From contig JAXHNL010000001.1 of the NCBI GenBank assembly GCA_034520565.1, positions 81,482 through 145,481 on the forward strand: 64,000 nt of DNA, read 5' to 3'. The notes below the pieces were generated by a model that was not told where the DNA came from, did not search any database, and saw nothing but the letters and a program-made list of their open reading frames with translations. Origin of the DNA: Halodesulfurarchaeum sp. GTDB taxonomy: Archaea; Halobacteriota; Halobacteria; Halobacteriales; Halobacteriaceae. The position numbers and the translations under genes were made by a program. How positions within the stretch are numbered: the first letter of the stretch is position 1; each line of letters starts with the position of its first letter. Positions 52,427 through 62,588 of this stretch are shown here, piece after piece.

Positions 52427-52783
52427 TTGACGCGGATGTGGGGAATTGATCCTCAGCTGCTCTGTGACCAGCATTTGCTTGGCGAACACACCGAAATGCA
52501 CCAGGCGGTCGGGACGCTCCGGAACCACCCACATGGTGAGGCGATCGTCCGTGGGCATGCCGAGCGACAGCAACTCGATACATCGAAGCTACAGGCCCGA
52601 CATGATGATCTGGCGGACGAACTCGAACGCAGAGGAATGACCCACGACTCGCCAATGAACTACGAAGACACCCACGAGTTGGGCAGCATCAATCCGGAAC
52701 GCAACCGTGCGAACATCCGAAACCGGTGTGACGATTGCCAAAACCGAATCGAAGCAGCGAAAACGGACTCTACTAACAGCTGA
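52427..52783 (+). CDS. Pyrimidine-dimer DNA glycosylase / T4 endonuclease V-like protein
   Basis: MTRMW...LCDQHLLGEHTE aligns with the DenV N-terminus (DQHLxxExxE); RHDDLADELERRGMTH. Confidence 0.75.
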   Translation: MTRMWGIDPQLLCDQHLLGEHTEMHQAVGTLRNHPHGEAIVRGHAERQQLDTSKLQARHDDLADELERRGMTHDSPMNYEDTHELGSINPERNRANIRNRCDDCQNRIEAAKTDSTNS

Positions 52784-52973
52784 TTCGTCGGTCGCCCGGA
52801 ATTGCTGGGATGATTCACCGCCTGGATTCAGGCCTGATAGTTAAACCGGACCGGGACTTTGCCGAGGACACGCACGTCGAGTTTTCGACTCAGGTAGTGC
52901 CCACCAGGCACGTACTCGTTTGGAATCCAAACGCCGGACGAACAGATGACCGCTCAGATTAGCTTGGTTGAAC

Positions 52974-53000
52974 TGCTGCATACAAAGTCTATATTCAGCA
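52974..53000 (+). repeat. 27-bp putative recombination site R2
   Basis: TGCTGCATA-caaagtcta-TATTCAGCA. Confidence 0.8.
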
Positions 53001-53197
53001 TAGTTGAAAATCCATTTGGAATTTGACAATAGATTTGGGTATTACCACTCATCATCCCTCGGAGCGGATGAGTGCTACTACGATCCTAGTGGACTCTAGA
53101 TCAGTTGATCATGCGCCGCAAATTGCTGAATTCGACATTTAATGTCTCCGATTAGCCAACACATTGATTGCACTCGCTTCAGTGTGTCCTACTATAT

Positions 53198-54280
53198 ATG
53201 GCAGGTACTATACAACTCAACGAGGATGAAGGATGCGTAGAGATCCAGAACCTCACCATCGAGGACTCCGACGTCTTCCGGTATCTCCAGGATGTCGAAC
53301 CCGAGGGCCGTGAGGCAGAGGTCCGGAGTATGCTCGCGATGGGTGTTGTCGCCCTTCGAGCTAGTCAGACTGCCGGAGAGATCGATTACGTCGAACGGCG
53401 GTTCTCAGAACTACAGTATAACTTGGAGGGAAAGTTCGAGGACACATTCGGGGAAGAAGGCCATATACGGGAGTACCTCGAGGGTCAGATAGGTGAAGAT
53501 GGCCGGCTCGTGGACGAGCTGTTGAATCCGAATGAGCCAGACTCGCCGATGTACCGACTCAAGAAAGCGATCTCTGACGAATTCGACGAATTGGAGAAGA
53601 ACATCTTCGGGGAGGAGGTCCGGGAGGGGATGGTCGAGAAGACGCCACTCAAAGGCGGAAAATTCGAGGAAGAACTGGAGGACCTACTCGGCGAAGTCGC
53701 CAAAATCCACGGGGACAAACTTACGTTCACGGGAGAGGAACACGGCGAACTCGAGTCAAGCAAGAAGGGTGATTTCGTGGTCGACCTGGGTCGGCCTAAG
53801 GGTCGAATAGCCGTCGAGGCGAAGAACATGTCCTACAACCTCCCTGACATCGAGTCGGAGATGAAGGAGGCAATCCGGAATCGAGAGGCGGATTATGGTC
53901 TCTTCGTAGCACGGTCCATCGACCAGTTACCGAACAAGGTGGGCTGGTTCAACGAATACGATGGAGAATATCTCGTGGTGGCGTTAAGCGAAGGAGATGA
54001 GGCGGAGTCTGCGGATGAGTTGCTGAAGGTTGCCTATCGATGGTCGCGGATGCGGCTTCTCGAGGAGCTGACGCCGACTGGTGAGGATATCGATGTCTCC
54101 GAGATTCAGTCCAAAGTGAAGGCGGCTGAGCGGACGATGGAGGACTTCCGGAATATCCGGACAAAGCTGACGAATATCGAGAAATCGTCGCAGAGTATCC
54201 GGGACATCCTCGGGGAAATTGAATCGGATCTCGATGAGCAGTTGCGGGCGATCAATTCGGAAATCGAAGCCAATGTGTGA
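53198..54280 (+). CDS. Coiled-coil PD-(D/E)XK nuclease-like protein (DUF2130/RmuC-like)
   Basis: KGGKFEE...KKGDFVV...IAVEAKN...NREADYGLFV, flanked by coiled coils. Confidence 0.65.
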   Translation: MAGTIQLNEDEGCVEIQNLTIEDSDVFRYLQDVEPEGREAEVRSMLAMGVVALRASQTAGEIDYVERRFSELQYNLEGKFEDTFGEEGHIREYLEGQIGEDGRLVDELLNPNEPDSPMYRLKKAISDEFDELEKNIFGEEVREGMVEKTPLKGGKFEEELEDLLGEVAKIHGDKLTFTGEEHGELESSKKGDFVVDLGRPKGRIAVEAKNMSYNLPDIESEMKEAIRNREADYGLFVARSIDQLPNKVGWFNEYDGEYLVVALSEGDEAESADELLKVAYRWSRMRLLEELTPTGEDIDVSEIQSKVKAAERTMEDFRNIRTKLTNIEKSSQSIRDILGEIESDLDEQLRAINSEIEANV

Positions 54281-54442
54281 TTTATCCTCCTGGGAGTAGA
54301 AATCACAATTCCCCGTCTGAGCATGGTTAATAGTGTTAGCCCGTTGGGCTATGTTGTGACGAATAGAATTGATTCAAGGCGCCAATCTGGACAGTCATAG
54401 ACCTGTAGAATGCTTATTAGTATCCCATGGTTTGGCTAAGAC

Positions 54443-55075
54443 ATGGAAATCAACGAGGAAATTCAATCTATAGTCAATGACTTCAAGGGAGATCATTGGA
54501 TTATTTCCACGGTCCCGAACAATGGGATAATATTAGCAAATACTGATTTTTCTGAGGTCCTTGAACGAATTTCGGACCTTGGAATTGACGAGATCTACAT
54601 CGTCGTAGACGAATCAATGACTCCGATTGGATTGGCATTTCATCATAATGGGATATTCCATTTGTCAATGGAAAGTGAACCATTCATTAGCTCATCAGCA
54701 TCAACCGAATCCAGATCCAGGCTTGCTTTTGATTCAGACGACAATATAGAGCAGAAACGAGAGATTGCCTCGGAAATAATTGATAGGTATGAGGAGCTAA
54801 TGTCCGATGTACAAGTGGCTGAATTAGAGGGGGACCTTCAATATATGTCGATGAGTCGACTCTACCGTCTGAAGGAGAAGATGGAGGAAAAGCAGAGAAT
54901 TGACGAAAACTTGGAAAAAGAGGCCGCGAAATGGCTTGCAGAGGATGACCGATTCAACCACAATTGCAACGAAACAGATTCTGAAACTCTACTTGAGGCC
55001 AGTGGTGATTTCGCCCTCGATGAAATCCGCATTGAAGAGGTTCACAAGAAGGCTAAGAGTTATCTGAAATTGTGA
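54443..55075 (+). CDS. Hypothetical acidic protein
   Basis: 210-aa ORF with AT-rich codon usage; no recognised motif. Confidence 0.6.
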   Translation: MEINEEIQSIVNDFKGDHWIISTVPNNGIILANTDFSEVLERISDLGIDEIYIVVDESMTPIGLAFHHNGIFHLSMESEPFISSSASTESRSRLAFDSDDNIEQKREIASEIIDRYEELMSDVQVAELEGDLQYMSMSRLYRLKEKMEEKQRIDENLEKEAAKWLAEDDRFNHNCNETDSETLLEASGDFALDEIRIEEVHKKAKSYLKL

Positions 55076-55162
55076 TCTCAATGGTAAAGCGTTTCAAGAA
55101 CTTGCGCCCATTCCATTAATACGAGGGCATCGCATGGGGAGGCCAACTGTTAGGTCTCATCC

Positions 55163-55189
55163 TGCGCGATCCACGCTCTATATTCAGCA
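55163..55189 (+). repeat. 27-bp putative recombination site R3
   Basis: TGCGCGATC-cacgctcta-TATTCAGCA. Confidence 0.7.
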
Positions 55190-55292
55190 CCAACCTAGAG
55201 CCCCTGTCAGTTCTATATTAATTCGTCAGGGACCGAACTGTCCGGGTGAGACGGCCACTGCGATAGAGCCCCAGTGCAGGCTCCCACTTGAT

Positions 55293-55308
55293 GAAAGCGA
55301 AAAAGAAC
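55293..55308 (-). terminator. Putative T-rich archaeal terminator downstream of rps7
   Basis: Minus strand reads GTTCTTTTTCGCTTTC about 20 nt after the stop. Confidence 0.4.
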
Positions 55309-55327
55309 CGAGTTCGAACGGCAGTAC

Positions 55328-55963
55328 TTAGCGAGCCGCGGCCGCGACGCGCTCTTTCTCCTCTTTCTGGTTGACGGCGTAGGTGCTGCACGTCACCCTC
55401 CGCCGCGCCGATGAGCTGCTGGGCGAGTGCCTCCTCGACGTCGGTGGGCGTCTTGAACGAGGCGCTGTAGGTGCCCTCCGCGAGGAACTTCAGCGCCTGG
55501 TCGACCCGGCGCTGAGGGCCCGTATCGACGGCCTTCGGGACCGAGATCCCGCCGTACTTCAGGCGAACGGTCTCCTCGCGAGGGGCGGCGTTCTCGATCG
55601 CACGGACGAGGACCTGCACCGGGTTCTCGCCAGTCCGCTCGTGAACGATTTCGAAGGCCTCGCGGACGATCCTGAGGCGTTTGCTGCTTCTTGCCGGTGT
55701 TCTCCTCGGTCTGCATCAGCCGGTTGATGAGGCGCTCGACCACGCTGATCTCGGACTTCTTGAACTGCTTTGCCGGCGTGGCGGCCCATCGTGTGGGCGA
55801 CCGGTGTCACGGTGATGTACCGACGAGTGCTCGGATCCGTGTACTGGATGCCCGTGACGTCCCAACGACCGAACAACTGGGCGACGGCCGCTTCTTCCTC
55901 TTCGACCGCCTCGGCATCGGACTCCGTTTCCTCGACGTCGGCCTCGGGTTCTTCCTCGGCCAT
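55328..55963 (-). CDS. rps7: 30S ribosomal protein S7; three apparent single-base frameshifts (~55770, ~55676, ~55385)
   Basis: [43 protein letters not shown] and the C-terminal ERVAAAAR* are distributed across frames. Confidence 0.9.
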
Positions 55964-55964
55964 G

Positions 55965-56393
55965 TTATCGCACCGGTTTCTCCGCGTTGCCCCGGACCAG
56001 TTCGATCATCGAGACGCCGTTGACCTTCTCGACCTTGTAGTTGACACCGGAAAGGTCGCCCATCGAGCCACCCTTGGCACCGCCGATGCCGGCGATGGTG
56101 ACCTCGTCGTGCTCGTCGATGAAGGAGATCGCGCCGTCGCCTGGGGCGAAGGCCGTCACCTGTTTGCCGTTCTTGATCAACTGGACCCGAACGCACTTCC
56201 GGATCGCCGAGTTGGGCTGTTTGGCTTCGATGCCGACTTTCTCGAGGACGATGCCACGGGCCTGGGGCGCACCCTCCAGTGGATCAGACTGGGTGCGAAG
56301 GCCCCGCTCCCGCCGCGCGTACTCGGAGTCGGACCACCGATGGTTCTGGCGGTCTCGCTTGAGTTTGCGGGCGGCGTACTTGCCGTTCGACAT
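55965..56393 (-). CDS. rps12: 30S ribosomal protein S12
   Basis: [21 protein letters not shown]. Confidence 0.98.
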   Translation of the reverse strand: MSNGKYAARKLKRDRQNHRWSDSEYARRERGLRTQSDPLEGAPQARGIVLEKVGIEAKQPNSAIRKCVRVQLIKNGKQVTAFAPGDGAISFIDEHDEVTIAGIGGAKGGSMGDLSGVNYKVEKVNGVSMIELVRGNAEKPVR

Positions 56394-56593
56394 ACGCCGG
56401 AATTACCTACCCACGTACTTAAACTCCGTCTTTCGCACCCACCGTGTGCGCGGGAGGCCTGCACGCCGCTTGCAAAAGCTGGACCGAAAAGACGGTCCAT
56501 CGACGAAGCACAGGTGCCTTGCAAAATAGACCGATACCGGCCCCTCCGTGAGGCTTCGGACGAAAGACCGGCAATCCCGCACGGCGATTCCGC

Positions 56594-57016
56594 TCACGTC
56601 AGCTGGATGTCGTCCACGCCAAAATGTCGTGAAGCCAACTTCTTTGCGGCCTCGATGTTCTGTCCGTTCGTCCCAATTGCCGCACCGTGATCGGCCCGAT
56701 CAACCTCGGCGTAGGCGACGAGGTCGCCGTTCTCCGAAATGGTAACGTTGTAAACCGCCGCGGGCGCGAGCGCGTTCGCGACGAATCCCTCGGCCGTCGG
56801 GGCGTCTTCGACCAGCTCGACGTCCTCGTTGATTCGCTCCTCGAGCCGCTTGACTCGACGGCCGTCGGGACCGATCGCCTGTCCCATCTCGCCGGCGGTA
56901 ACGACGAAAAGCACCTGATCGTGATCCTCGTCGATGACACAATCGACGGCCGTCGCTCCCGTTACGTCCTCGAAAAGCGCGATGTAGCGGCGTGCCTCGT
57001 CTGTGAGGGACAACAT
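56594..57016 (-). CDS. nusA: Archaeal NusA (KH domains)
   Basis: [19 protein letters not shown]; conserved position between rpoA2 and rps12. Confidence 0.92.
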   Translation of the reverse strand: MLSLTDEARRYIALFEDVTGATAVDCVIDEDHDQVLFVVTAGEMGQAIGPDGRRVKRLEERINEDVELVEDAPTAEGFVANALAPAAVYNVTISENGDLVAYAEVDRADHGAAIGTNGQNIEAAKKLASRHFGVDDIQLT

Positions 57017-57017
57017 C

Positions 57018-59679
57018 TCAGTCCGAACGGTGGGCCTGCATCCGGAGGTCCACGTCGCCGGTGCCGAGCTTGATCGGCTTGCCGACGATGACGTTCTCGA
57101 TGACGCCGTCGAGGTCGTCGACTTCGCCGTGGACCGCCGCGTCGAGCAGGTGGTTGACCGTCACCTCGAAGGCCGCCCGGGCGAGCACGCTCTTCTTGTT
57201 GCCCGAGATGCCGTGCCGGCCGATCGACTGGATCGTCCCGTCGTTGGTCATGATGTCGGCCACGAGCATGAGGTGGCGAATGTTCACGTCGCCGAGCCCC
57301 TGCTCCTCCAGGGTGTCTCATCGTCTCATCGATTATTCGTTCTCTCGCTGCCTCGACTCCGAGCACCTCGAAAATCTCGTGGATGTTGTTACAGGTCGTC
57401 CGGGAGGCGTCGACGCCCTCGATGTCGAGGACGTCCTTGAACGCCGATCCCTCGGTGTAGAGGACGAACTCCTCGCCGTCCTCGCCTTCCTCCTTCCGGA
57501 TGACGACTCGGGAGATCTCCTCGATCCCCTTGAACACGATCTCCCGGAGCTCCTCGACGAGCTGCAGGAGTTCTCGGTAACTGGGCCGTTCGGGACCGAA
57601 CTCGAGCACGAGTCCCTGTCGGTTGACCTCCACGCCGAGTGACTCGCGGATCGTGTCCGCGATTTCGCCGACGACCTCCTCGGTGTTGGTCGCGGTCGGC
57701 CACCGCTCGCGGAGGGTGTCCTCGTTCAGGTCGATGCGGACGATCATGTCCGCGACGTTCGTCGAGATGTCGCCCAGCGCGAGGATCTTCGTCGCCTCGA
57801 TCTGCCAGACGACCTCGTGGGCGCGGTCGCGGTCCGTGGCGTACTCCTCGTCCAGATGAACCGTCATCATCGGCGTGTCCGGTTCCTTCCGGGCGTCCAC
57901 CAGTTCGATGAGCCGTGGAAGCCCCTGGGTGACGTCGATCTCCGCGACGCCCGCGTAGTGGAAGGTGTTCATCGTGTTGTGCGTAATGACACCCTGAGCG
58001 GTCGTGAAAGTCTCCAGTCCGGCGACCGAAACGTCGTAGACGAACTCGTGTTCCGGATCGACGGTCTCGACGGACTCGATTCGCTCCCAGACGACGTCAC
58101 CTTCGACGGCCCGCTCGAGAACGTCGAATTCCGGGGGACGGTCATCCACGTTCGCCTCGATGTCCTCGAGGAGCGACCCGAGACGGTTACGGCCGATCCG
58201 CTGGCGCTGGTGGGCCGCGTTGATCTGTCGGCCGGGAATCCCGGCAGCGCTCGCGGTCGTTTTCAGCGCATCGCCGAAATTGGGGATCTGATCCGTGGCA
58301 TCCGGACCGGTCGGGTCCGTCTCGGCCGCGAGTTCGTGCAGTTCCGTCCCGCGATCGCCAACCATGCCGATCCGGTCTTCGAACGCGGGCACGTACTTCT
58401 TCGGGATTCGAAGCGTCGTCGACGCTCCTTGCGTGCCAAAGCGGGCATAGATGTCAAATCGGGAGAGAAGGAGGGCGATCCCTTCGAGCAACTCCCGCGA
58501 CCGCGAACTTGCTCTGATGGCATTCGTCCCAACGTTTCCATCGCCGCTGAAGTATCCCCGGAGCAAGCCACGTGCGAACGCCCCAGCGGCGCCAAAGGCC
58601 TGATCGGGGACGGTTTTCTGTCCGTCTTCGAGACACAGCGCCTCGCAGAGATCTGCGAGGATCGTCCCGTTTACCCGAATGTCGTGCCCCACGGCGAAGC
58701 CGCTCTCGTTGTCGTATTCGTTGTACGAGAGGCCGAACCGATCTGCGAAGGCGCGAATTCGTCGCTGAAAAGCCGGATCGACGTTCGAAATGGAGACGTA
58801 ATGGTCGGTCAGATTCCCCTCGGCGAGGAATGCACCGACGAAGAAGCCGGTTTCACGGTCCAACGGGAATCGCTCCGGCAGTCCCACCGTCCCCTGGACG
58901 GGATAGACGGCGTTCTCCTGAAGCCGGCCCGACTTCAGCGCGTCGCGCTTGTTTCGAAGCTGGTCCGGGCCGCCCGGCGTGGCAGTTTGCACGCCCCCAT
59001 CCGTCAGCGTGGACGTGTACCAGTATTCAGTTGCCGGCAGGACCGACCGCAGGTCGAGCGAATCGGACTCGCCACCGTCCATAGATCGGACGACCGGCAG
59101 CCAGTCCCCTTCGTCGAGTGCTGCACCGGTCACCGGAACCACCGCATTGTCCTGGCGGGTGACAAAGGAGTGTGATTTCGTCGCTCGAATCGTTCTGCCC
59201 GATTCGAGTTCGAAACACAAGAGTTCGTCCGGGGACTCGTGGCGACTGACCTCCTCGACCGGTTTCCACTCGCTTCGTTCATCCTCGCGAAGCGAGAGGA
59301 CCGAGAGATCAGCCGGCGCTTTCGAGACTTCGTGGCCGTCTAGGTCCCGGGTTTCACCGGTTTCCAGCAGATCGTCGACGAGCGGCCCGATTTCGGTCAC
59401 GGCCGTTTCGCCCTGCCGACGGATCAAAATCCGCTCGTCGGCGGGCACCGACATCTGGGTTCCGGGTTCCCCGATCGACTGTGCCGAGACCGTCCCGACC
59501 GGGTCGAGCGGGTCGACCCGATTGTCGAGGTACTGTGCCTCGACGGCGTCGACGATCTCCTGAACCTCTTCGATGGTGACCGACCGGTTCTCGATCGTCT
59601 CGTAGACGTCGTCTTTGAGCCGTCGGGTGAGTTCGGTGTCCTCGACGATCGCCTCGATGTCGTCGTCGACGGCCGTCAT
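57018..59679 (-). CDS. rpoA2: RNA polymerase subunit A'' (Rpo1C) with intein; frameshift near 57318
   Basis: [11 protein letters not shown]|intein|TMNTFHYAG and GLPRLIE; C-terminal [11 protein letters not shown]...ARAAFE...GTG lies in a shifted frame. Confidence 0.95.
57976..59451 (-). mobile_element. Intein (492 aa) with LAGLIDADG homing endonuclease in rpoA2
   Basis: Starts SVPADE, block B TKSHSF, endonuclease motifs VGAFLAEG and [15 protein letters not shown], ends THN followed by Thr. Confidence 0.93.
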
Positions 59680-62588
59680 TGGTTCACCTCCCAGGCCTCG
59701 CCGTGTTCAGACAGGTTCGTTACCTCGTCGCGTTCGCCGAGGAAGGCGGCCTTTTCGGCCTCGTCCTCGAACTCGGCGTCGATGACCCGGTCGGCGATCT
59801 CGTCGACGTCGATCTCGTGATCGACCGACGATGAGACGGTGACCGGGCTGGTGCCGTCCTCGCCGAACTCGAACTGGACGATCGTGTCACTCGTGTCCCG
59901 GACGGTGCCGTCGTACTGGGTCTCGAGTTCGGAGAGCGCGTTGATGAGCCGACGCTGGAGGTAGCCGGACTTCGAGGTCCGGACCGCCGTGTCGACCAGC
60001 CCTTCACGACCACCCATCGCGTGGAAGAAGAACTCCTTGGGCGTGAGCCCACCCGTATACGAGTTCTCCACGAACCCGTGGGCGTCCGCGGAGAGGTCGT
60101 TCGGTTTGAAGTGCGAGAGGGTGCGGTCCTCGTACCCACGATTGATCCGCTCGCCCCGAACCGCCTGCTGACCGACCGCACCGGCCATCTGGGTCAGGTT
60201 CAGCATCGATCCCCGTGCCCCGGAGCGTGCCATAATGACCGCCGGGTTCTCGTCGTCGAAGTGCTCCTCGGCGATGTCACCGGCGGAGTCACGCGCCTTG
60301 CCCAGGGTCTGCATGATCTTCATCTCGAGGGTCTCGTCGATCGTCCGCCCGGGAAGACTCTCGAGTTCGCCCCGGTCGTAGGTATCGATGAGTTCCTGGA
60401 CCCGCTCTTCGGCGTTTGTCACCGCCTCGTCGATCTGCTCCTCGGCAGCCTCGGGGATCGTCTCGTCGTCGATCCCGATCGAGAACCCGAAGTGCATGAT
60501 CGAGCGGATCGCAAGTGACGAAATCTCGTTGATCAGTATCCGGGCACGAGTCTTGCCGAACTGCTTTGCGACCGTGTCGACGACCTCGCCGCCGAACGCA
60601 CCGATGGCGTCCTCGTCGATCGTTCCGTCGAGCAATTGGCCGTCCTCGATGACGACCGTGTCGCCCGCCGAGCTGGTGAACTCGAGGTTCAATCCGGCCG
60701 GAAGGAGTTCGCTGAAGAGCTGTCTACCGGTCCAGGCCGGCCGACCCTCGTCGTCCTCGGTGGCCGGGTCGGGCAACTGATCGATGCTCGTCTGCCGGAG
60801 CAGGTCGAGGGCCTGAGTCTCGTTGAACGTCGGGTTGCTATTGGTAAGCAGGTAGGTGGCAGTGATGTGGTCCTGAATGGAACCGACGATGTTCTCCCCG
60901 AACCGCGGGCTCAACATCTGCTCCTGCACGCGCATGAGGACGCGGGCCTCCGCACGCGCCTCCTCGTTCTGGAGGGCGTGCATGTTCATCTCGTCGCCGT
61001 CGAAGTCGGCGTTGTACGGCGGACAGACCGTCGTGTTCAGCCGGAACGTCTTGTACGGCATCACCACGACCTCGTGGGCCATGATCGACATCCGGTGCAG
61101 CGACGGCTGCCGATTGAAAATCACGATGTCCCCGTCGACGAGGTGACGCTGGACCTCCCAGCCCGGTTCGACGCGCTCGGCGAGTTCCTCCGAGACTTTC
61201 TCGGTGACCCGGACGCGTCTGCCGTCGGGCCGCTTCACGTAGTTCGCTCCTGGGTGGGTTTCCGGACCGTTCGACACGTACCGGCGGGCCCGTTCGAGGT
61301 TGTTCTCGTTGACGACCATCGTCTGGGTCATTTCGGTCGCGACCCGGTCCGGAACACCGACCTCGTTGAGCGAGAGCGTCGGGTCCGGACTGATGACGGT
61401 TCGCGAGGAGAAGTTCACGCGCTTCCCCGAGAGCGAACCGCGGAATCGACCCTCCTTGCCCTTGAGACGCTGTGAGAGCGTCTTAAGTGGGCGACCGGAG
61501 CGGTGTCGGGCCGGCGGCGTCCCACTGATCTCGTTGTCCATGAACGTCGTGACGTGGTACTGGAGGAGTTCCCAGAGGTCCTCGATGATCAGCTGTGGCG
61601 CCCCTGCCTCACGATTCTCCATGAATCGCTGATTGATGCGAATGATGTCGACGAGTTTGTGGGTCAGGTCGTCTTCGGAGCGCTGGCCGTTGTCGAGCGT
61701 GATCGATGGCCGTGCGGTCACCGGCGGCACCGGCAGGACCGTGAGAATCATCCACTCCGGGCGGGAGTGCTCGGCGTCGATGCCGAGGATGTCGAGGTCC
61801 TCGTCGGGGATGTCCTCGAACCAGTCCCGGATGTCCGAGGGCATCAGTTTGTTCATGTCCTCGACCGTGAGGTCCGTCGAAAGGGCACGCTCGATGGCCT
61901 TCCGGTCCTCTTTGCGTGGCCGAAACTCGCCGGACATGATCTCGTTGATCCGGTCGAGGGCGATGCCGGTGTCGTCGGCCAGATAGTTCGGCGATATCGG
62001 TTCGTCCTCCTCGTCCTCCGGGTCTGGTTGCATGGCCATCGCCATGCGTTCGGAGTAGTCCTCGGCCAGGACCTGCTGGACTTCGTAATAGGTCGTCGGT
62101 TTCTCGTGTTTGATGTCGTACTGCTTTTCCCCGCAGTGTGGGCAGACATCCGTTTTCCGGGCCTCCCGGATCGCCGCCTTGGTCACGTCGTCGACGTCCT
62201 GATCGAGGCTTCGGGTGCGCTCGAGTTCGTCCTGATATTTGCCTCGGGCCTCCTCGTCGAGCAGCAACCGGGAGCACTCCCGGCAGGTGCCTCGAAGGAG
62301 GCGGCGGATGAGCTTGGAGAAGCCGACGTGGATGACGGGCGCGGCGAGTTCGATGTGACCGAAGTGACCGTTGCAGGAGCCCGAGCGTTGGCCGCAGGTC
62401 TTACACTCGAGTCCAGGGTCGATCACGCCCAGCCGCGGGTCCATCAGACCCATGTCGATGGGGAACCCGTCGTCGTCGTAGGTGTCGGCCGTGATGACCT
62501 TCGTTGCGCTCATGTCGCGATACTCCTCCGGGTCCATCAGCCCGAAGCTGATCGTACCGATCGACTTGGGGCTCTGTCCAGTTGACAT
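59676..62588 (-). CDS. rpoA1: RNA polymerase subunit A' (Rpo1N)
   Basis: CKTCG...[35 protein letters not shown]. Confidence 0.98.
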   Translation of the reverse strand: MSTGQSPKSIGTISFGLMDPEEYRDMSATKVITADTYDDDGFPIDMGLMDPRLGVIDPGLECKTCGQRSGSCNGHFGHIELAAPVIHVGFSKLIRRLLRGTCRECSRLLLDEEARGKYQDELERTRSLDQDVDDVTKAAIREARKTDVCPHCGEKQYDIKHEKPTTYYEVQQVLAEDYSERMAMAMQPDPEDEEDEPISPNYLADDTGIALDRINEIMSGEFRPRKEDRKAIERALSTDLTVEDMNKLMPSDIRDWFEDIPDEDLDILGIDAEHSRPEWMILTVLPVPPVTARPSITLDNGQRSEDDLTHKLVDIIRINQRFMENREAGAPQLIIEDLWELLQYHVTTFMDNEISGTPPARHRSGRPLKTLSQRLKGKEGRFRGSLSGKRVNFSSRTVISPDPTLSLNEVGVPDRVATEMTQTMVVNENNLERARRYVSNGPETHPGANYVKRPDGRRVRVTEKVSEELAERVEPGWEVQRHLVDGDIVIFNRQPSLHRMSIMAHEVVVMPYKTFRLNTTVCPPYNADFDGDEMNMHALQNEEARAEARVLMRVQEQMLSPRFGENIVGSIQDHITATYLLTNSNPTFNETQALDLLRQTSIDQLPDPATEDDEGRPAWTGRQLFSELLPAGLNLEFTSSAGDTVVIEDGQLLDGTIDEDAIGAFGGEVVDTVAKQFGKTRARILINEISSLAIRSIMHFGFSIGIDDETIPEAAEEQIDEAVTNAEERVQELIDTYDRGELESLPGRTIDETLEMKIMQTLGKARDSAGDIAEEHFDDENPAVIMARSGARGSMLNLTQMAGAVGQQAVRGERINRGYEDRTLSHFKPNDLSADAHGFVENSYTGGLTPKEFFFHAMGGREGLVDTAVRTSKSGYLQRRLINALSELETQYDGTVRDTSDTIVQFEFGEDGTSPVTVSSSVDHEIDVDEIADRVIDAEFEDEAEKAAFLGERDEVTNLSEHGEAWEVNQ

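Larger units (their letters stand above)
49311..55189. mobile_element. Cassette-structured genomic island between fusA and rps7
   Basis: Visibly AT-richer than the flanks; accessory genes and an IS; bounded and subdivided by 27-bp sites carrying TATTCAGCA/TGCTGAATA arms. Confidence 0.7.

Noticed and set aside
1860-57330. Frameshifts in tfb (~2275), phosphopantothenate synthetase (~6540), pfdB (~13525), rps7 (three) and rpoA2 (~57318) as programmed frameshifting or pseudogenes
   Set aside because: They are single-base indels in conserved, mostly essential genes, with no shared slippery motif and no other decay. Sequencing or assembly error is the simplest explanation; read mapping would confirm.
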